A stretch of DNA of 64,000 bases from NCBI GenBank assembly GCA_965221065.1, contig OZ244861.1:1613844-1677843 (forward strand), written 5' to 3'. The position numbers were made by a program, and so were the translations under genes. Numbering within the stretch: position 1 is the stretch's first letter; the number at the start of each line of letters is the position of its first letter. Source of the stretch: Dehalococcoidia bacterium (lineage in GTDB: Bacteria > Chloroflexota > Dehalococcoidia > Bin125). This document shows, one piece after another, positions 19,827 to 30,011 of this stretch. The notes under the pieces are model-generated. The model had not been told where the DNA came from. It saw only the letters and a program-made list of their open reading frames with translations, and did no database searches.

Positions 19827-21554
19827 ATGATTGAACGGGAGATTGCCCCGCGATTGCGCTCGTTGTTCGAGCAGTATCCGATTGTCACCGTGACCGGACC
19901 TCGACAGTCCGGCAAAACGACGCTGTGTCGGGCGACGTTTCCCGGGCTGTCTTACGCCAACCTGGAGAATCCGGACCTCAGGGAGTTCGCGCAGACCGAT
20001 CCACGCGCATTCCTGGCACAGTACGGCGATGGCGCGATCATTGACGAGATTCAACGCGTCCCGAAGTTGCTGTCCTACCTGCAGGGCATCGTCGACGAGC
20101 ATGGCGGCAACAGCCTGTTCGTGCTTACCGGCAGCGAGCAGTTCCCGCTCTCGGACGCCGTAAGCCAATCGCTGGCTGGACGCACGGCGCTGCTGAGGTT
20201 GTTGCCATTCTCCCTGGCTGAGCGACGGCGGATCGGCGGAAGTGCGGAGATAGACGAGATGATCTTCTCGGGCTTCTACCCGCGAATCCTCGATCATGGT
20301 CTTGAACCGCGCCAGGCGCTTGGCGACTACTTCGAAACCTACGTGGAACGGGACGTTCGTGGTCTTGGAGGAGTGCGAGACCTCACGTCGTTCGGTCGTT
20401 TCATGCGCCTGTGCGCCGGGCGAGTCGGGCAACTCGTCAACCTGAGCTCTCTGGGGTCCGAGGCTGGCATCAGTCACCCGACGGTCCGAGAGTGGCTCGC
20501 GATTCTGGAGCGAAGCTACATCGTGTTTCAGCTCCAGCCGTACCACGCAAACATCGGCAAGCGACTGACGAAATCGCCCAAGCTGTACCTCTATGACGTC
20601 GGACTGGCCAGCTATCTGCTCGGCATTGAGAACGCCCAGCAAGTGGCGACCCATCCACTGCGGGGACAACTCTTTGAGAATCTCGTCATCGCGGAGACGA
20701 TCAAGCACCGCTTCAATCAGGGCCGCGATTCGAGAGACCTCTCCTTCTTTCGGGACGCAAATGGCTTGGAGTGTGATCTGCTCTATCCGACAGGATCGAG
20801 CAGCGCCGCGATAGAGGTCAAATCCGGATCGACGATCTCCTCCGACTCCTTCTCTTCGCTCAATCGAGTCGCAGCGCAGCTATCCAATCTGAACCATAAG
20901 GCGGTCGTGTATGGCGGCGATGCACGGCAATCGCGAAGCGACATTGATGTTCTGCCGCTGTCCGATCTCGTCGGTGCCCTGACGAAGATTGAGGTTGAGG
21001 AGAGCGTCGGAGCGTTCATCGACGAGCACCGATCGCCAGGGCCGGAACCAGACGCCGTCGCGACGTTCGATGCAGTGTTTCAGACGCAAGTCCGCCCAGC
21101 GATCGAGGCGCTCAGGCCAGCCTGCAAGCCGCTCGGCGATGCTCTGTTTCAGCGCTTCTCCGAACAATCTCAGGTCAGTTCCGGCACGCCCGGCGTTCAA
21201 GGCCAAGGCATACTAGACCCAGATCGATGGGACGCAATCAAGAATGACTACATCGTTGACCAGGCATTTCAGTTGAGCGACGAACGTCCAGTAGAAATCC
21301 AACACGAGTTCTGCTTCCGTGGCTATGTCGGCCGCGGAACAAGAGACTTTGACATCAGAACTGTCGCATCCTGGGTTCTTGACGCACAGAAGGTCTCCAT
21401 CGATTTCTCAGTCGACGGGACATCGGTCACGCGCTTGAAGGACGAAGTGAACTACACGGAGGTGGAGTCCCGCCGGCCGGACTCCGATCGGCTGGTGGCC
21501 GAAGTCACCAGGTCGCTGATGGACCGGATTCGAACGCTGTCCAAGCGAGCTTGA
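19827..21554 (+). CDS. AAA+ ATPase of the AAA_14/DUF4143 family with about 180-aa C-terminal extension
   Basis: Canonical MIER...VTGPRQSGKTTL N-terminus; DUF4143 region; unique C-terminal domain. Confidence 0.8.
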   Translation: MIEREIAPRLRSLFEQYPIVTVTGPRQSGKTTLCRATFPGLSYANLENPDLREFAQTDPRAFLAQYGDGAIIDEIQRVPKLLSYLQGIVDEHGGNSLFVLTGSEQFPLSDAVSQSLAGRTALLRLLPFSLAERRRIGGSAEIDEMIFSGFYPRILDHGLEPRQALGDYFETYVERDVRGLGGVRDLTSFGRFMRLCAGRVGQLVNLSSLGSEAGISHPTVREWLAILERSYIVFQLQPYHANIGKRLTKSPKLYLYDVGLASYLLGIENAQQVATHPLRGQLFENLVIAETIKHRFNQGRDSRDLSFFRDANGLECDLLYPTGSSSAAIEVKSGSTISSDSFSSLNRVAAQLSNLNHKAVVYGGDARQSRSDIDVLPLSDLVGALTKIEVEESVGAFIDEHRSPGPEPDAVATFDAVFQTQVRPAIEALRPACKPLGDALFQRFSEQSQVSSGTPGVQGQGILDPDRWDAIKNDYIVDQAFQLSDERPVEIQHEFCFRGYVGRGTRDFDIRTVASWVLDAQKVSIDFSVDGTSVTRLKDEVNYTEVESRRPDSDRLVAEVTRSLMDRIRTLSKRA

Positions 21555-21564
21555 TGCGCCCACC

Positions 21565-24500
21565 TTACCGGCGAGCCGCGGACAACTGCCGACGCACCAA
21601 CCTCGAATACAACCCATCCTCCGACGCCAGTTCCTCGTGCGTCCCAATCTCCACCACCCGACCCTCGTCCAGCACGACAATCTGATCCGCGTCTCGCACC
21701 GTTGACAGCCGGTGCGCGATCACCAGCGTCGTTCGATCCGACATCAGCTCGTCCAGCGCATCTCGCACCAGGCGCTCGTTCAGGCCGTCGAGATGCGATG
21801 TCGCCTCATCCAGGATCAGCACCGGAGCATCCTTGAGCAGCGCTCGCCCGATCGCGACCCGCTGACGCTGCCCGCCCGAGAGCTGCGCGCCCCGCTCTCC
21901 GACCGGCGTGTCGAGGCCGTCCGGCAGCGACTCGACGAAGTCCGACAGCCCGGCCCGCTCGATCGCCAGCCGCAGTTCGTCCTCGGTCGCATCGGGCTTC
22001 GCCACCTGCAGGTTGGCCCGAATCGAAGCGTTGAACAGGTACGTGTCCTGCGCCACAAGCGCTACCTGCCCGCGCAGCTCATCGAGCCGATACGTGCGCA
22101 GATCCGAGTCCTCCAGCGTGATCTTCCCGTCCTGCGGATCCCAGAAGCGCAGCAGCAGATGAGCCGCCGTCGTCTTGCCCGCGCCAGACGGGCCGACCAG
22201 CGCCACTGTGCCGCCCGGCTTGAGGTCGAACGACACCTCGTCCAGCGCCGCCCGGGGCGTGTCTTCATAGGTGAACCCGACCGACGCGAACGCGCCCTCC
22301 GACACGCCAACCCCGTCCCCCGCCTGACCGTTTGTCGACGCTCCCGGACCATCCAGCACCGCCACCGGTTCGCTATGAACAGCCGTCAACCGCCTGGTCG
22401 CGCCCAGCGTGTCGCCCAGCCGTCGACCGACCTGCGCCAGCTCCGCGACAGGCATGAACGCCCCCATCGCCAGCAACGTCAACAGCGGCGCCAGCGCCGA
22501 GTCGATATCGCCGCGCACCGCGAGCACCCCACCGATCGTCAGCACAGCCAGACCGCCGTAGCCGGTCAGACCCTCCAACAGCGTTCGTTGCGCCGAGATC
22601 TGGCGGTTGAACCCACCCCGGATCGGCATGTATTCGCGCATCAATCCCTCGAACTCTGTCTTCCGCTCCGGTTCGCGCTGGAATGCCGTCACCTCGCGCA
22701 GACCCTGCAGCGTGTCGACCATGTGCGCGTTGAGCGCGCCCAGGTGGTCGCGCGATCGCGAGCCCAGTCGATCCACGATCCGCCGTGTAAACAGCGGGCT
22801 CAGCCCGGCGAGGATCAGCAGCGGCGCCAGCCCGATGCCCAGTCGCCAGTCCACGACGAACAGCGTGATCAGCGCCGCGCCCGGAATCACCACGCTGACG
22901 AACGCGTTCGCGATCGTGTGCGCGAAGAAGTACTCCACCGTCTCCACGTCCTGTGTCGCCATCGAGACGAGGTCGCCCGAACGGCGTCGCAACAGGTACG
23001 CGGGAGCGATCTGATCGAGCTTGCGGAACAGCGCAATCCGCATATCCGCCAGCAACCGGAACGCCATGTCGTGCGAGACCCAGTTCTCGAGGAAGCGGAA
23101 CAGACCGGTCAACACCGCAACCACGATCAGCAACACCGCGAGCAGCGTGATCGATTCGCCGTCCCGCACATTGGCGACCATGAACGCGCCGATCACCCCA
23201 ACCGCAATCGCACCGAAGAAGTGCGCCACCCCGGTCCCGAACGACAGGCTGGTCTTGAACCAGTACGGCGCAGCCATCGCCAGCAGCCGCGCCGAAGTCT
23301 CCCGCCAACCCATCCCCTCCGCCCGGATGATCGCCTCCGTCGCCCCGCCCCCGTAGTCCCGCATCGCCAGCGAACCACTCGCCCCCACCGCCGCACGTTC
23401 CGCCGCCGCCCGTTCCGCCGGCGGAGCATCGTCGACGAACCCGTCGAGGCTCGGGTCGGTCATCTGACCCTGCATCAGCCAGTCGTAGACCCCGCCCTCC
23501 CGCAGCAACGTCTCGTGGTCGCCGCGCTCGACCAGCCGACCCTCATCCAGCACCAGGATCTCGTCGCAGTCGCGCACGCTGGACAGCCGGTGCGCCATGA
23601 TCAGCGTCGTCCGACCCTGCATCAACCGATCCAGCGCCCCCTGGATCGTCGCCTCGTTCTCCGCGTCGACGCTCGACAGCGCCTCATCGAGGATCAGCAT
23701 CGGCGCATCGCGCAGCAACGCCCGAGCAATCGCGATCCGCTGACGCTCGCCGCCCGACAACCGGTGTCCCCGCTCGCCGATCACCGTCCCGTAGCCCTCC
23801 GGCAACGAGTTGATGAACTCGTGCGCGTTCGCCGCTTCCGCCGCCGCGCGGATCTCGTCCTCCGTCGCGTCGGGCTTGGCGAACCGCAGGTTGGCCAGCA
23901 CCGATCCGTGGAACAGATACGTGTCCTGCAAGACGACCGCCATCTGCGAGCGGATGTCGGCGAAGCGCAGCTCGTTGACATCGCGCCCGCCCAGCCGGAT
24001 CGTCCCCTCCTGCGGCGTGTACAGACGCTGCAGCAACCACACGAGCGTCGACTTGCCCGACCCCGAGCGCCCAACCACGCCGATCCGCTTGCCCGGCTCG
24101 ACAGTGAAGCTGACATCGTTCAACGCCGCTCGACGCCCGGTCGGGTAGCTGAACGTCACGTGCTCAAACTCAATCCGCGGCTCGACTACCACTGCCGGCG
24201 CCGCCTCCGCGTCCGGCGTCAGCGGCTGCGCCTGCTCGATATCCAGCACGCTCTGCGTCGCCGCCACGCCCAGCAGTCCCTGGTGGAAGAGCTGGCTCAA
24301 TTCGCGCAGCGGACGGAACACCTCTACCCCGAGCATCAGCACCACCAGCAACTCCGCCAGCTCCATCGCCCCCGCCTCGACCCGCAGCGCGCCGACATAC
24401 AGCGCCACCGCCGCCCCCACCGTGATCGCCAGGATCGTCAGACCCTGCGCGATCGCGTTGTGGAACAGCACGCCCATCGTGGTGCGGAACACCACCTGCG

Positions 24501-25173
24501 CCCGCTCCGCCAGTTCCGACCCGCGACGCCCGCTCTGGCCGAACGCCTTCAGCGTCGCCAGTCCCTGCACCGAATCGAGGAAGTCCGCCGCGAACGACCC
24601 GTACGCGTCCCGCCGCCGCAACGATGCTTCCGCATTCTTCTGCTTCAGCAACTGCGGCAGCAACAGCGTGACCAGCGCGAAGCCGAAGTAGATCGCCGCC
24701 ACCGGCAGGTCGAGCCAGCCCATGAAGATGAAGATCCCGATCGGCGCCAGCGCCGCCACGATCAGCTGCGGCAGGTACTGCCCGAAGAACGTCTCCAGTT
24801 GCTCGACGCCCTCGATCACTCCGACCGTGACATCGCCCGTCCGCTTCCGATCAAAGTGCGACGGCCCCAGCCGCACGACCTGGTCGAACAACCGCTGCCG
24901 CAAGGCAAACTGGACCTGGAGCGCCGTGCCGTTCGCGACCTCCTCCTTCGCGTACAGGAAGACCGAACGCGCCGCGATCGACGCCGCCGTCGCAATGATC
25001 AGCGGAACCAGGTCACCGAAGCTGTCCCCCTCGAAGATCCGCGCCCCGATCCAACCCAGCAACGCCAACCGAGCCACCCCCGCCGCCACCGCCAGCAGCC
25101 CCACCGACACCGACAACCCAATCCGCCAGCGAACCCCCCGAGTAAACTCCCACAGCTCCCACGAAAAAGTCAT
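21565..25173 (-). CDS. fused ABC exporter (TMD-NBD-TMD-NBD, CydDC-like)
   Basis: 1202 aa; two Walker A sites (GRSGSGKST, GPSGAGKTT) and two LSGG(E/Q)RQR signatures; GAGGA RBS. Confidence 0.85.
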   Translation of the reverse strand: MTFSWELWEFTRGVRWRIGLSVSVGLLAVAAGVARLALLGWIGARIFEGDSFGDLVPLIIATAASIAARSVFLYAKEEVANGTALQVQFALRQRLFDQVVRLGPSHFDRKRTGDVTVGVIEGVEQLETFFGQYLPQLIVAALAPIGIFIFMGWLDLPVAAIYFGFALVTLLLPQLLKQKNAEASLRRRDAYGSFAADFLDSVQGLATLKAFGQSGRRGSELAERAQVVFRTTMGVLFHNAIAQGLTILAITVGAAVALYVGALRVEAGAMELAELLVVLMLGVEVFRPLRELSQLFHQGLLGVAATQSVLDIEQAQPLTPDAEAAPAVVVEPRIEFEHVTFSYPTGRRAALNDVSFTVEPGKRIGVVGRSGSGKSTLVWLLQRLYTPQEGTIRLGGRDVNELRFADIRSQMAVVLQDTYLFHGSVLANLRFAKPDATEDEIRAAAEAANAHEFINSLPEGYGTVIGERGHRLSGGERQRIAIARALLRDAPMLILDEALSSVDAENEATIQGALDRLMQGRTTLIMAHRLSSVRDCDEILVLDEGRLVERGDHETLLREGGVYDWLMQGQMTDPSLDGFVDDAPPAERAAAERAAVGASGSLAMRDYGGGATEAIIRAEGMGWRETSARLLAMAAPYWFKTSLSFGTGVAHFFGAIAVGVIGAFMVANVRDGESITLLAVLLIVVAVLTGLFRFLENWVSHDMAFRLLADMRIALFRKLDQIAPAYLLRRRSGDLVSMATQDVETVEYFFAHTIANAFVSVVIPGAALITLFVVDWRLGIGLAPLLILAGLSPLFTRRIVDRLGSRSRDHLGALNAHMVDTLQGLREVTAFQREPERKTEFEGLMREYMPIRGGFNRQISAQRTLLEGLTGYGGLAVLTIGGVLAVRGDIDSALAPLLTLLAMGAFMPVAELAQVGRRLGDTLGATRRLTAVHSEPVAVLDGPGASTNGQAGDGVGVSEGAFASVGFTYEDTPRAALDEVSFDLKPGGTVALVGPSGAGKTTAAHLLLRFWDPQDGKITLEDSDLRTYRLDELRGQVALVAQDTYLFNASIRANLQVAKPDATEDELRLAIERAGLSDFVESLPDGLDTPVGERGAQLSGGQRQRVAIGRALLKDAPVLILDEATSHLDGLNERLVRDALDELMSDRTTLVIAHRLSTVRDADQIVVLDEGRVVEIGTHEELASEDGLYSRLVRRQLSAARR

Positions 25174-25269
25174 AGCCCAAAATCCTCAAACCCCGGCCGG
25201 CCGCATCAACGCCGCCCGACCGCACCCAAACAGAATAAGAGCCTCTTACCCACACCCCCCCGATGACGC

Positions 25270-25390
25270 CCCGCGCAAATCGAAGTCGCCCCCGCGCAGG
25301 CGGGGGGACGGCCCCTCCCGCAGACGACGGTCACCCTCGCCCAAACGAAAGTCGCCCCCGCGCAGGCGGGGGCAGGCCCCTCCCACAGCA
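25270..25390. repeat. two tandem copies of an about 47-bp unit with a GC hairpin (cccccgcgcaggcggggg)
   Basis: aaatcgaagtcgcccccgcgcaggcggggggacggcccctccc... repeated about 60 bp apart between vapC and the ABC exporter. Confidence 0.5.
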
Positions 25391-25488
25391 CCCCCCCTCC
25401 CCGCTCGCCTGCCACCATCCCACACCCTCATTCCCGACCCCGATCGGGAATCCAGCCCGCGCCTTGAGGCGTGACGATATCCGTGCCG

Positions 25489-25911
25489 TCACGGTGTTTG
25501 AGATGACGCGAGGATGAGATCCAGATTGGGGATCCCTTCGAAGTCCCTGTCGGTGGTGGCGAGAGGGCATTCCAACAACAGCGCCGTTGCGGCGATCCAG
25601 GCGTCGGCAGCCTTCAGTTGACGGCCGGCTGACTCTCGTTCGCTGCGCAAGCGAGCGCAGATTTCGATCAACTCAGGCGTGACGCCGACCAGTTCGTATT
25701 GCTCCAAGTGACGCCGCAATTGGTTCATACTCCTGGCGCCCCAACCGCTCTTGATTGCGCCGAACAATGCCTCTTCCCTGGTCTGAAAGGAAACGACCGC
25801 GCGTCGCCCGCCAATCTCGGCCTGGTAGAAGTCGGCGGGCGCGGTGTTGCCTACAAGGAGCGAAACGACTGATGTGTCGAGCACGACCAGGTCCGTGCTC
25901 GGAGTGGTCAT
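25489..25911 (-). CDS. vapC: type II toxin VapC (PIN-domain ribonuclease)
   Basis: LVVLDTSVV...DAWIAATAL...TTDRDF PIN motifs. Confidence 0.8.
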   Translation of the reverse strand: MTTPSTDLVVLDTSVVSLLVGNTAPADFYQAEIGGRRAVVSFQTREEALFGAIKSGWGARSMNQLRRHLEQYELVGVTPELIEICARLRSERESAGRQLKAADAWIAATALLLECPLATTDRDFEGIPNLDLILASSQTP

Positions 25912-26186
25912 GCCTCGCGTCCCTCGCGAATGGCTCGGTTGAAGGCTTCCAACTCCTCATCGGAGAGGTCGATTCGAACGATTTCGTCGGGCTTGAAGAT
26001 CTTCGGGTTGGGATCGTTCAGGAACGCGTCGAGGTCGAACAGCTTCGGCAATTCGGCGAGCTCCGTCTCCGCCGGCACGGTCTCCGCGACACCGTCAACT
26101 GTCAAGACGACCTCGCAGCCGTCCTGGAGTTCAAGCGGCTCCATCGGCGTCAGCACACCGTCTACGTACCGTGCTCTCACACGCAT
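25908..26186 (-). CDS. antitoxin, DUF104 (AF2212/VapB-like) family
   Basis: MRVRARYVDGVLTPMEPLEL; AGGGAGG RBS; ATGA overlap with vapC. Confidence 0.65.
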   Translation of the reverse strand: MRVRARYVDGVLTPMEPLELQDGCEVVLTVDGVAETVPAETELAELPKLFDLDAFLNDPNPKIFKPDEIVRIDLSDEELEAFNRAIREGREA

Positions 26187-26415
26187 GGTCACGGCGCCCC
26201 TCCCTCACGTCCAAGTGTACCGAGCCGCCGCGCGATCACCGCCGACACCCCCCTGCGAATCGCCCGGGCCCTGGACACGACGCCAGACTTCTGGCTCAAC
26301 CTCCGGCACGCCTACGACCTCGACGTCGCCCGAACCAGAACCAACGTCGACCACATCGTCCCTCTCGTCAAATCAGGATGAGGGACCGGATTGAATTGGC
26401 ATTGCTTCACCTGGG

Positions 26416-26619
26416 TCAGGCGGGAATCTGTTCGATTTCGACCTCGGGCAAGACGTTGCGCTCGCGCGCGTGCTCGATGGTCAGGGCGACCGGGTTGCCG
26501 TCGCAGTCCAGTTCGAACAGCGTCTGGTAATCAAGATCGATCACATCGGTGATGCGTTCGTCGGAGAAGACGAACAGCAGCGTGTCGGTGTCAAGCAAGA
26601 GCACCGCCGAGCGCGTCAC
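26416..26619 (-). CDS. DUF2283 family small protein
   Basis: LDTDTLLFVFSDE...IDLDYQTLFELDCDGNPVALTIEHA; GTGA overlap with upstream VapC. Confidence 0.55.
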   Translation of the reverse strand: MTRSAVLLLDTDTLLFVFSDERITDVIDLDYQTLFELDCDGNPVALTIEHARERNVLPEVEIEQIPA

Positions 26620-27017
26620 AGGGTTTCGAGCCGCAGCCCGTCGATGCGCTCAAAGTGGCGGATGTTGTTGGTCAGCAGAGTAAGGTCGTGCTGAAGCGCG
26701 GTCGCGCCAATCATGGTGTCGAAGTCGTCGATCAGTTGCCCGCTCAGTTGCAGGTTGGCCTTGACTCTTCCGAAGATCTCGCAGGTGGTCGCGTCGACCG
26801 CCAGCAACGTGAACTCCTCGATGAAGCTGAGCATCTCCGTGCGCGACTGCACTGAAGGCTCCACCAGATTGGGCCCGACCGACAGCTCGGCCAAGGAGAT
26901 CACGCTGATTGCGATGCCCCGTGGGGCAAGCCGATCAATGCGATGGCGAGCCTGCGCGGAGGCGCGTCGACCTCTGAGGGCGTCGATCACCCAGTCGGTG
27001 TCAAGGAGATAGCGCAC
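26616..27017 (-). CDS. vapC: type II toxin VapC (PIN domain)
   Basis: RYLLDTDWVID...DTMIGATAL...LLTNNIRHF. Confidence 0.8.
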   Translation of the reverse strand: MRYLLDTDWVIDALRGRRASAQARHRIDRLAPRGIAISVISLAELSVGPNLVEPSVQSRTEMLSFIEEFTLLAVDATTCEIFGRVKANLQLSGQLIDDFDTMIGATALQHDLTLLTNNIRHFERIDGLRLETL

Positions 27018-27020
27018 GGA

Positions 27021-27221
27021 TTACGGGTCGGCGTCGTCGCTCGCGCAACAGGAAGACTCGCGCTGTCCGTACGCTTCCTCGAGCGCCGGACTCTTGCGGA
27101 AGTACTTCTCCCAGCTCCCGGAGACGCGCTCGCGGAGCTTGCGGGCCTCTTCCGGGTCCATCGGCGGTCCACCGCCACGCACGGCCTGACCGACGGTCAG
27201 GCGCCTTTCCTCGTCCGCCAT
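27021..27221 (-). CDS. small protein, putative cognate antitoxin of VapC
   Basis: 66 aa; GGAGAGGA RBS; stop 3 nt before the vapC start. Confidence 0.4.
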   Translation of the reverse strand: MADEERRLTVGQAVRGGGPPMDPEEARKLRERVSGSWEKYFRKSPALEEAYGQRESSCCASDDADP

Positions 27222-27535
27222 CCCGCAGTCCTCTCCGCTCGCTGTAGAGCCAGTTTACAGGGACTGAGCGGTCCCCACACTTTCAGCAGCCGACTTGACA
27301 CCGCACGAGCCCAGGCCAACATCGAGGACACCGTGGCGGCGGCGTCGAGAACTACTTGACGAATCGAATGGGCTTTGCCCACTGTCCACGAGGTTCTGTT
27401 GAAGTTGTGGACGGGAATGGATCAGCTGCCTTATCGGTTGCCTAGATTGGAGTCGAAGCCATCAACAGGCGATGGCGGCACCACTAGAGAGGGGGTGATG
27501 CCGGTGGACATTCCAAAGCCCAATGTGAAAGGGGG

Positions 27536-27587
27536 GAGGGTCGGCCTTGAGTAGCGTCGTGCGAATGCACAGCGTGCCGACCCTCCG
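27536..27587. promoter_or_regulatory. perfect 11-bp-stem hairpin (GGAGGGTCGGC...GCCGACCCTCC) in a divergent intergenic region
   Basis: Inverted repeat with a 30-nt loop, read directly from the sequence. Confidence 0.3.
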
Positions 27588-27668
27588 TCCCGAATATAGC
27601 TCTGGCGTGATCTAACTCGCTGAGCGGCGACTTTGGCCGTCTGCCCGGCGAGAGGAAAGGACCAGCAA

Positions 27669-28103
27669 ATGGTGACCAAGTCAGGCGACTACAAGGTCGG
27701 CGAACTGGCGAACAGGATTGTGGAATTCGCCGAGAAGCTCCTAGTCGCTAACACGGCCTTAGAGAGTTCACGGGATCAGCACGACTCGTCCTGGAACGCA
27801 GCCAACGCAGTTGATGCACTGAGCGCACACAAGGAACTAGATGACCGGCATAGGCGAATCGTGGAAGCGCTAACGGACCTCGCCAGCCAGTGGACCCCGA
27901 GACGCAAGGGTTCCAGGCTCGTCGAGTATCTCGACCTCCGCCACGAACGCAAAGAACTGGCCAAGCAGATCACCGTGGACTTCCGATGCACTGGGATCGA
28001 CGGCAATTCGAGTGTCTCAGATGTGTTGGTGGCGCTGCCATCAGTACAGGGCCAAAGGATGAACCTGGTGTTTCAAGTAAGTAAGGAGGACAAGACGCGA
28101 TAG
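27669..28103 (+). CDS. hypothetical protein (lower-GC island)
   Basis: AGGAAAGG RBS 8 nt before ATG 27669; no recognisable domain. Confidence 0.5.
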   Translation: MVTKSGDYKVGELANRIVEFAEKLLVANTALESSRDQHDSSWNAANAVDALSAHKELDDRHRRIVEALTDLASQWTPRRKGSRLVEYLDLRHERKELAKQITVDFRCTGIDGNSSVSDVLVALPSVQGQRMNLVFQVSKEDKTR

Positions 28104-28146
28104 CGGTCTCTCGGCACCGTCCAGACTGCCTCAATTCGACAGCCTG

Positions 28147-28640
28147 AGGGAGGCCATCTCCTTGGACCCGCCCTTCAACTCCAACGCCACGTACAACGTC
28201 CTCTTCAAGGAGCGCTCCGGCGAGGATTCCGCCGCTCAGATCACCGCCTTCGACGACTCCTGGCACTGGACTATGGACTCCGAGCGCGCCTACCAGGAGG
28301 TCGTCACCGACGGCCCCGACAAGCTGGGCAAGCTGCTCCAGGCAATGCGCGAGGTCCTCGGCCAGAACGACATGATGGCCTAGCGCCCCGCCGAACTCTC
28401 CGGCTACGCCGTCATCGGCCTGCCCCAGGACGCCGCCGTCGGCATCTTCATCACCCTCGAGGAACCGACCGAGCCGATGCGCCAGGAAGCGATCGCCGCC
28501 GGCTTCTACGAGCCCGAAGCCCTGCCCGGCAACCAGTACCCCAGGGTCCAGATCCTCACCATCGAGCAACTGCTCAACGGAGACCAGCCCGACTGCCCTC
28601 GCTTCGCCGCCCGCCAGACCTTCCGCAAAGCCCCCCGACG
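28147..28640 (+). pseudogene. remnant of a beta-class N6/N4 DNA methyltransferase (DPPF motif IV, ...QILTIEQLLNG tail), internally deleted with an in-frame TAG
   Basis: One frame reads ...LDPPFNSNATYNVLF...MMA*...YPRVQILTIEQLLNGDQPD; no FxGxG SAM motif; TAG at 28381. Confidence 0.4.
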
Positions 28641-28739
28641 CAAGCGCCGACAGGCATCCAGCAATCCCTCGACGCCTGACCCCACCCGCCAACCTCGACC
28701 CCGCCTGCCTATCATCCCCACGGAGAGCCGAGGTGCCCA

Positions 28740-30011
28740 ATGCCGGAACCACTCGAGGGCCTGCGCGTCGTCGAATTCGCCATCGCCATCCAGGGACCGC
28801 TGGTCGGCGGATTCCTCGCCGACATGGGCGCCGACGTCGTCAAGGTCGAGCCCCCCGGCGGCGACCCCAACCGCTGGCACACCGGCGTCAACTGGACCGC
28901 CCCGCCCGAAACCCCGGGCGCGCAGTTCCTCTCCGTCTCGCACGGCAAACGCTCGATCGCCCTCGACATCCACACCGAAATCGGCCGCGAAGTCCTGATG
29001 CGCCTCGTCGATCGCGCCGACGTCTTCGTCAGCAACTTCCGCGAAGACTCGCTCGAGCGCATGGGCCTCGGCTACGACGAACTCACCAAGCGCAACGAGC
29101 GCCTCGTCTACGGCATCGCCAACGGCTTCGGACACGAAGGCCCCGACCGCAACAAGCGCATGACCGACCAGTACGCCCAGGTCCGCAGCGGCATCGCCAA
29201 CATGGTCGGCGACCCCGAAACCCAACCGATGATCGCCGGCTCCGTGATCGGCGACACCTCCGGCGCCATGGGCCTCACCCTCGCCATCATGACCGCGCTG
29301 GCCGCCCGCGAACTCCACGGCGTCGGACAGAAAGTCCGCACCTCCGCCTACGGCGTCATGGTCTGGATGCAGGCCTGGGAACTCAACCACTCCTCGATCT
29401 CCGGCACCCTGCTCTCCCGCGAAGGACCGCATCATCCCAACGTCCCCGGCAGCGCCGGCACTTACGTGACTGCCGACGGCGGCGCATTCCACGTCGATGT
29501 CCAAGACGACGAGGCCTGGCAGGATTTCTGCGAGTTCGGCGGCATCCCCGAAATCGCCGCCGATCCGCGCTGGAGCGCCAGCCAGAAGCGCTCGCCCCTC
29601 AGCGACTTCCGCTGGGTCGAACAGGCGAAACTCCTGCGACCCCACATGGCCCGCGCCATGAAGAACCGGACCACCGATGAATGGGAACAATTCTTCGACG
29701 AGCGCCGCGACTTCATCATGTACCAGCGCGTCTTCGACTACGAGGACGTCATCGCCGACCCGCAAGCCCTCCAGAACGGCTACATCGTCGAGAAAGACGT
29801 CCCCGGCGTCGGCAAGAAACCCATGGCCGGCAACTTCGCCCAGTTCAACAAGACCCCCGCAAGCGCCAAGCCCTGGTTCCCCGAACTCGGCCAGCACACC
29901 GCCGAGGTCATGTCCGAACTCGGCTTCAGCGCCAACGACATCGCCAACGTCGAAGCCCAGAAAAACCCCCGCCAACCCATGTCACGCCGCGCCCGGAGTC
30001 GCCGGCGCTAG
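28740..30011 (+). CDS. CoA-transferase family III (CaiB/BaiF)
   Basis: MPEPLEGLRVVEF...GADVVKVEPPGGD; 423 aa. Confidence 0.85.
   Translation: MPEPLEGLRVVEFAIAIQGPLVGGFLADMGADVVKVEPPGGDPNRWHTGVNWTAPPETPGAQFLSVSHGKRSIALDIHTEIGREVLMRLVDRADVFVSNFREDSLERMGLGYDELTKRNERLVYGIANGFGHEGPDRNKRMTDQYAQVRSGIANMVGDPETQPMIAGSVIGDTSGAMGLTLAIMTALAARELHGVGQKVRTSAYGVMVWMQAWELNHSSISGTLLSREGPHHPNVPGSAGTYVTADGGAFHVDVQDDEAWQDFCEFGGIPEIAADPRWSASQKRSPLSDFRWVEQAKLLRPHMARAMKNRTTDEWEQFFDERRDFIMYQRVFDYEDVIADPQALQNGYIVEKDVPGVGKKPMAGNFAQFNKTPASAKPWFPELGQHTAEVMSELGFSANDIANVEAQKNPRQPMSRRARSRRR

Noticed and set aside
28506-29975. 489-aa ORF on the minus strand, antisense to the CoA-transferase gene
   Set aside because: Low-complexity Gly/Ala/Val/Asp-rich translation typical of antisense shadow ORFs in high-GC DNA. 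The sense-strand gene has a clear family match and an RBS. The same reasoning rejects 21712..25266(+), 16392..17681(+), 35621..37051(-), 46639..48054(+), 9958..11034(-), 18354..19361(+) and similar ORFs.
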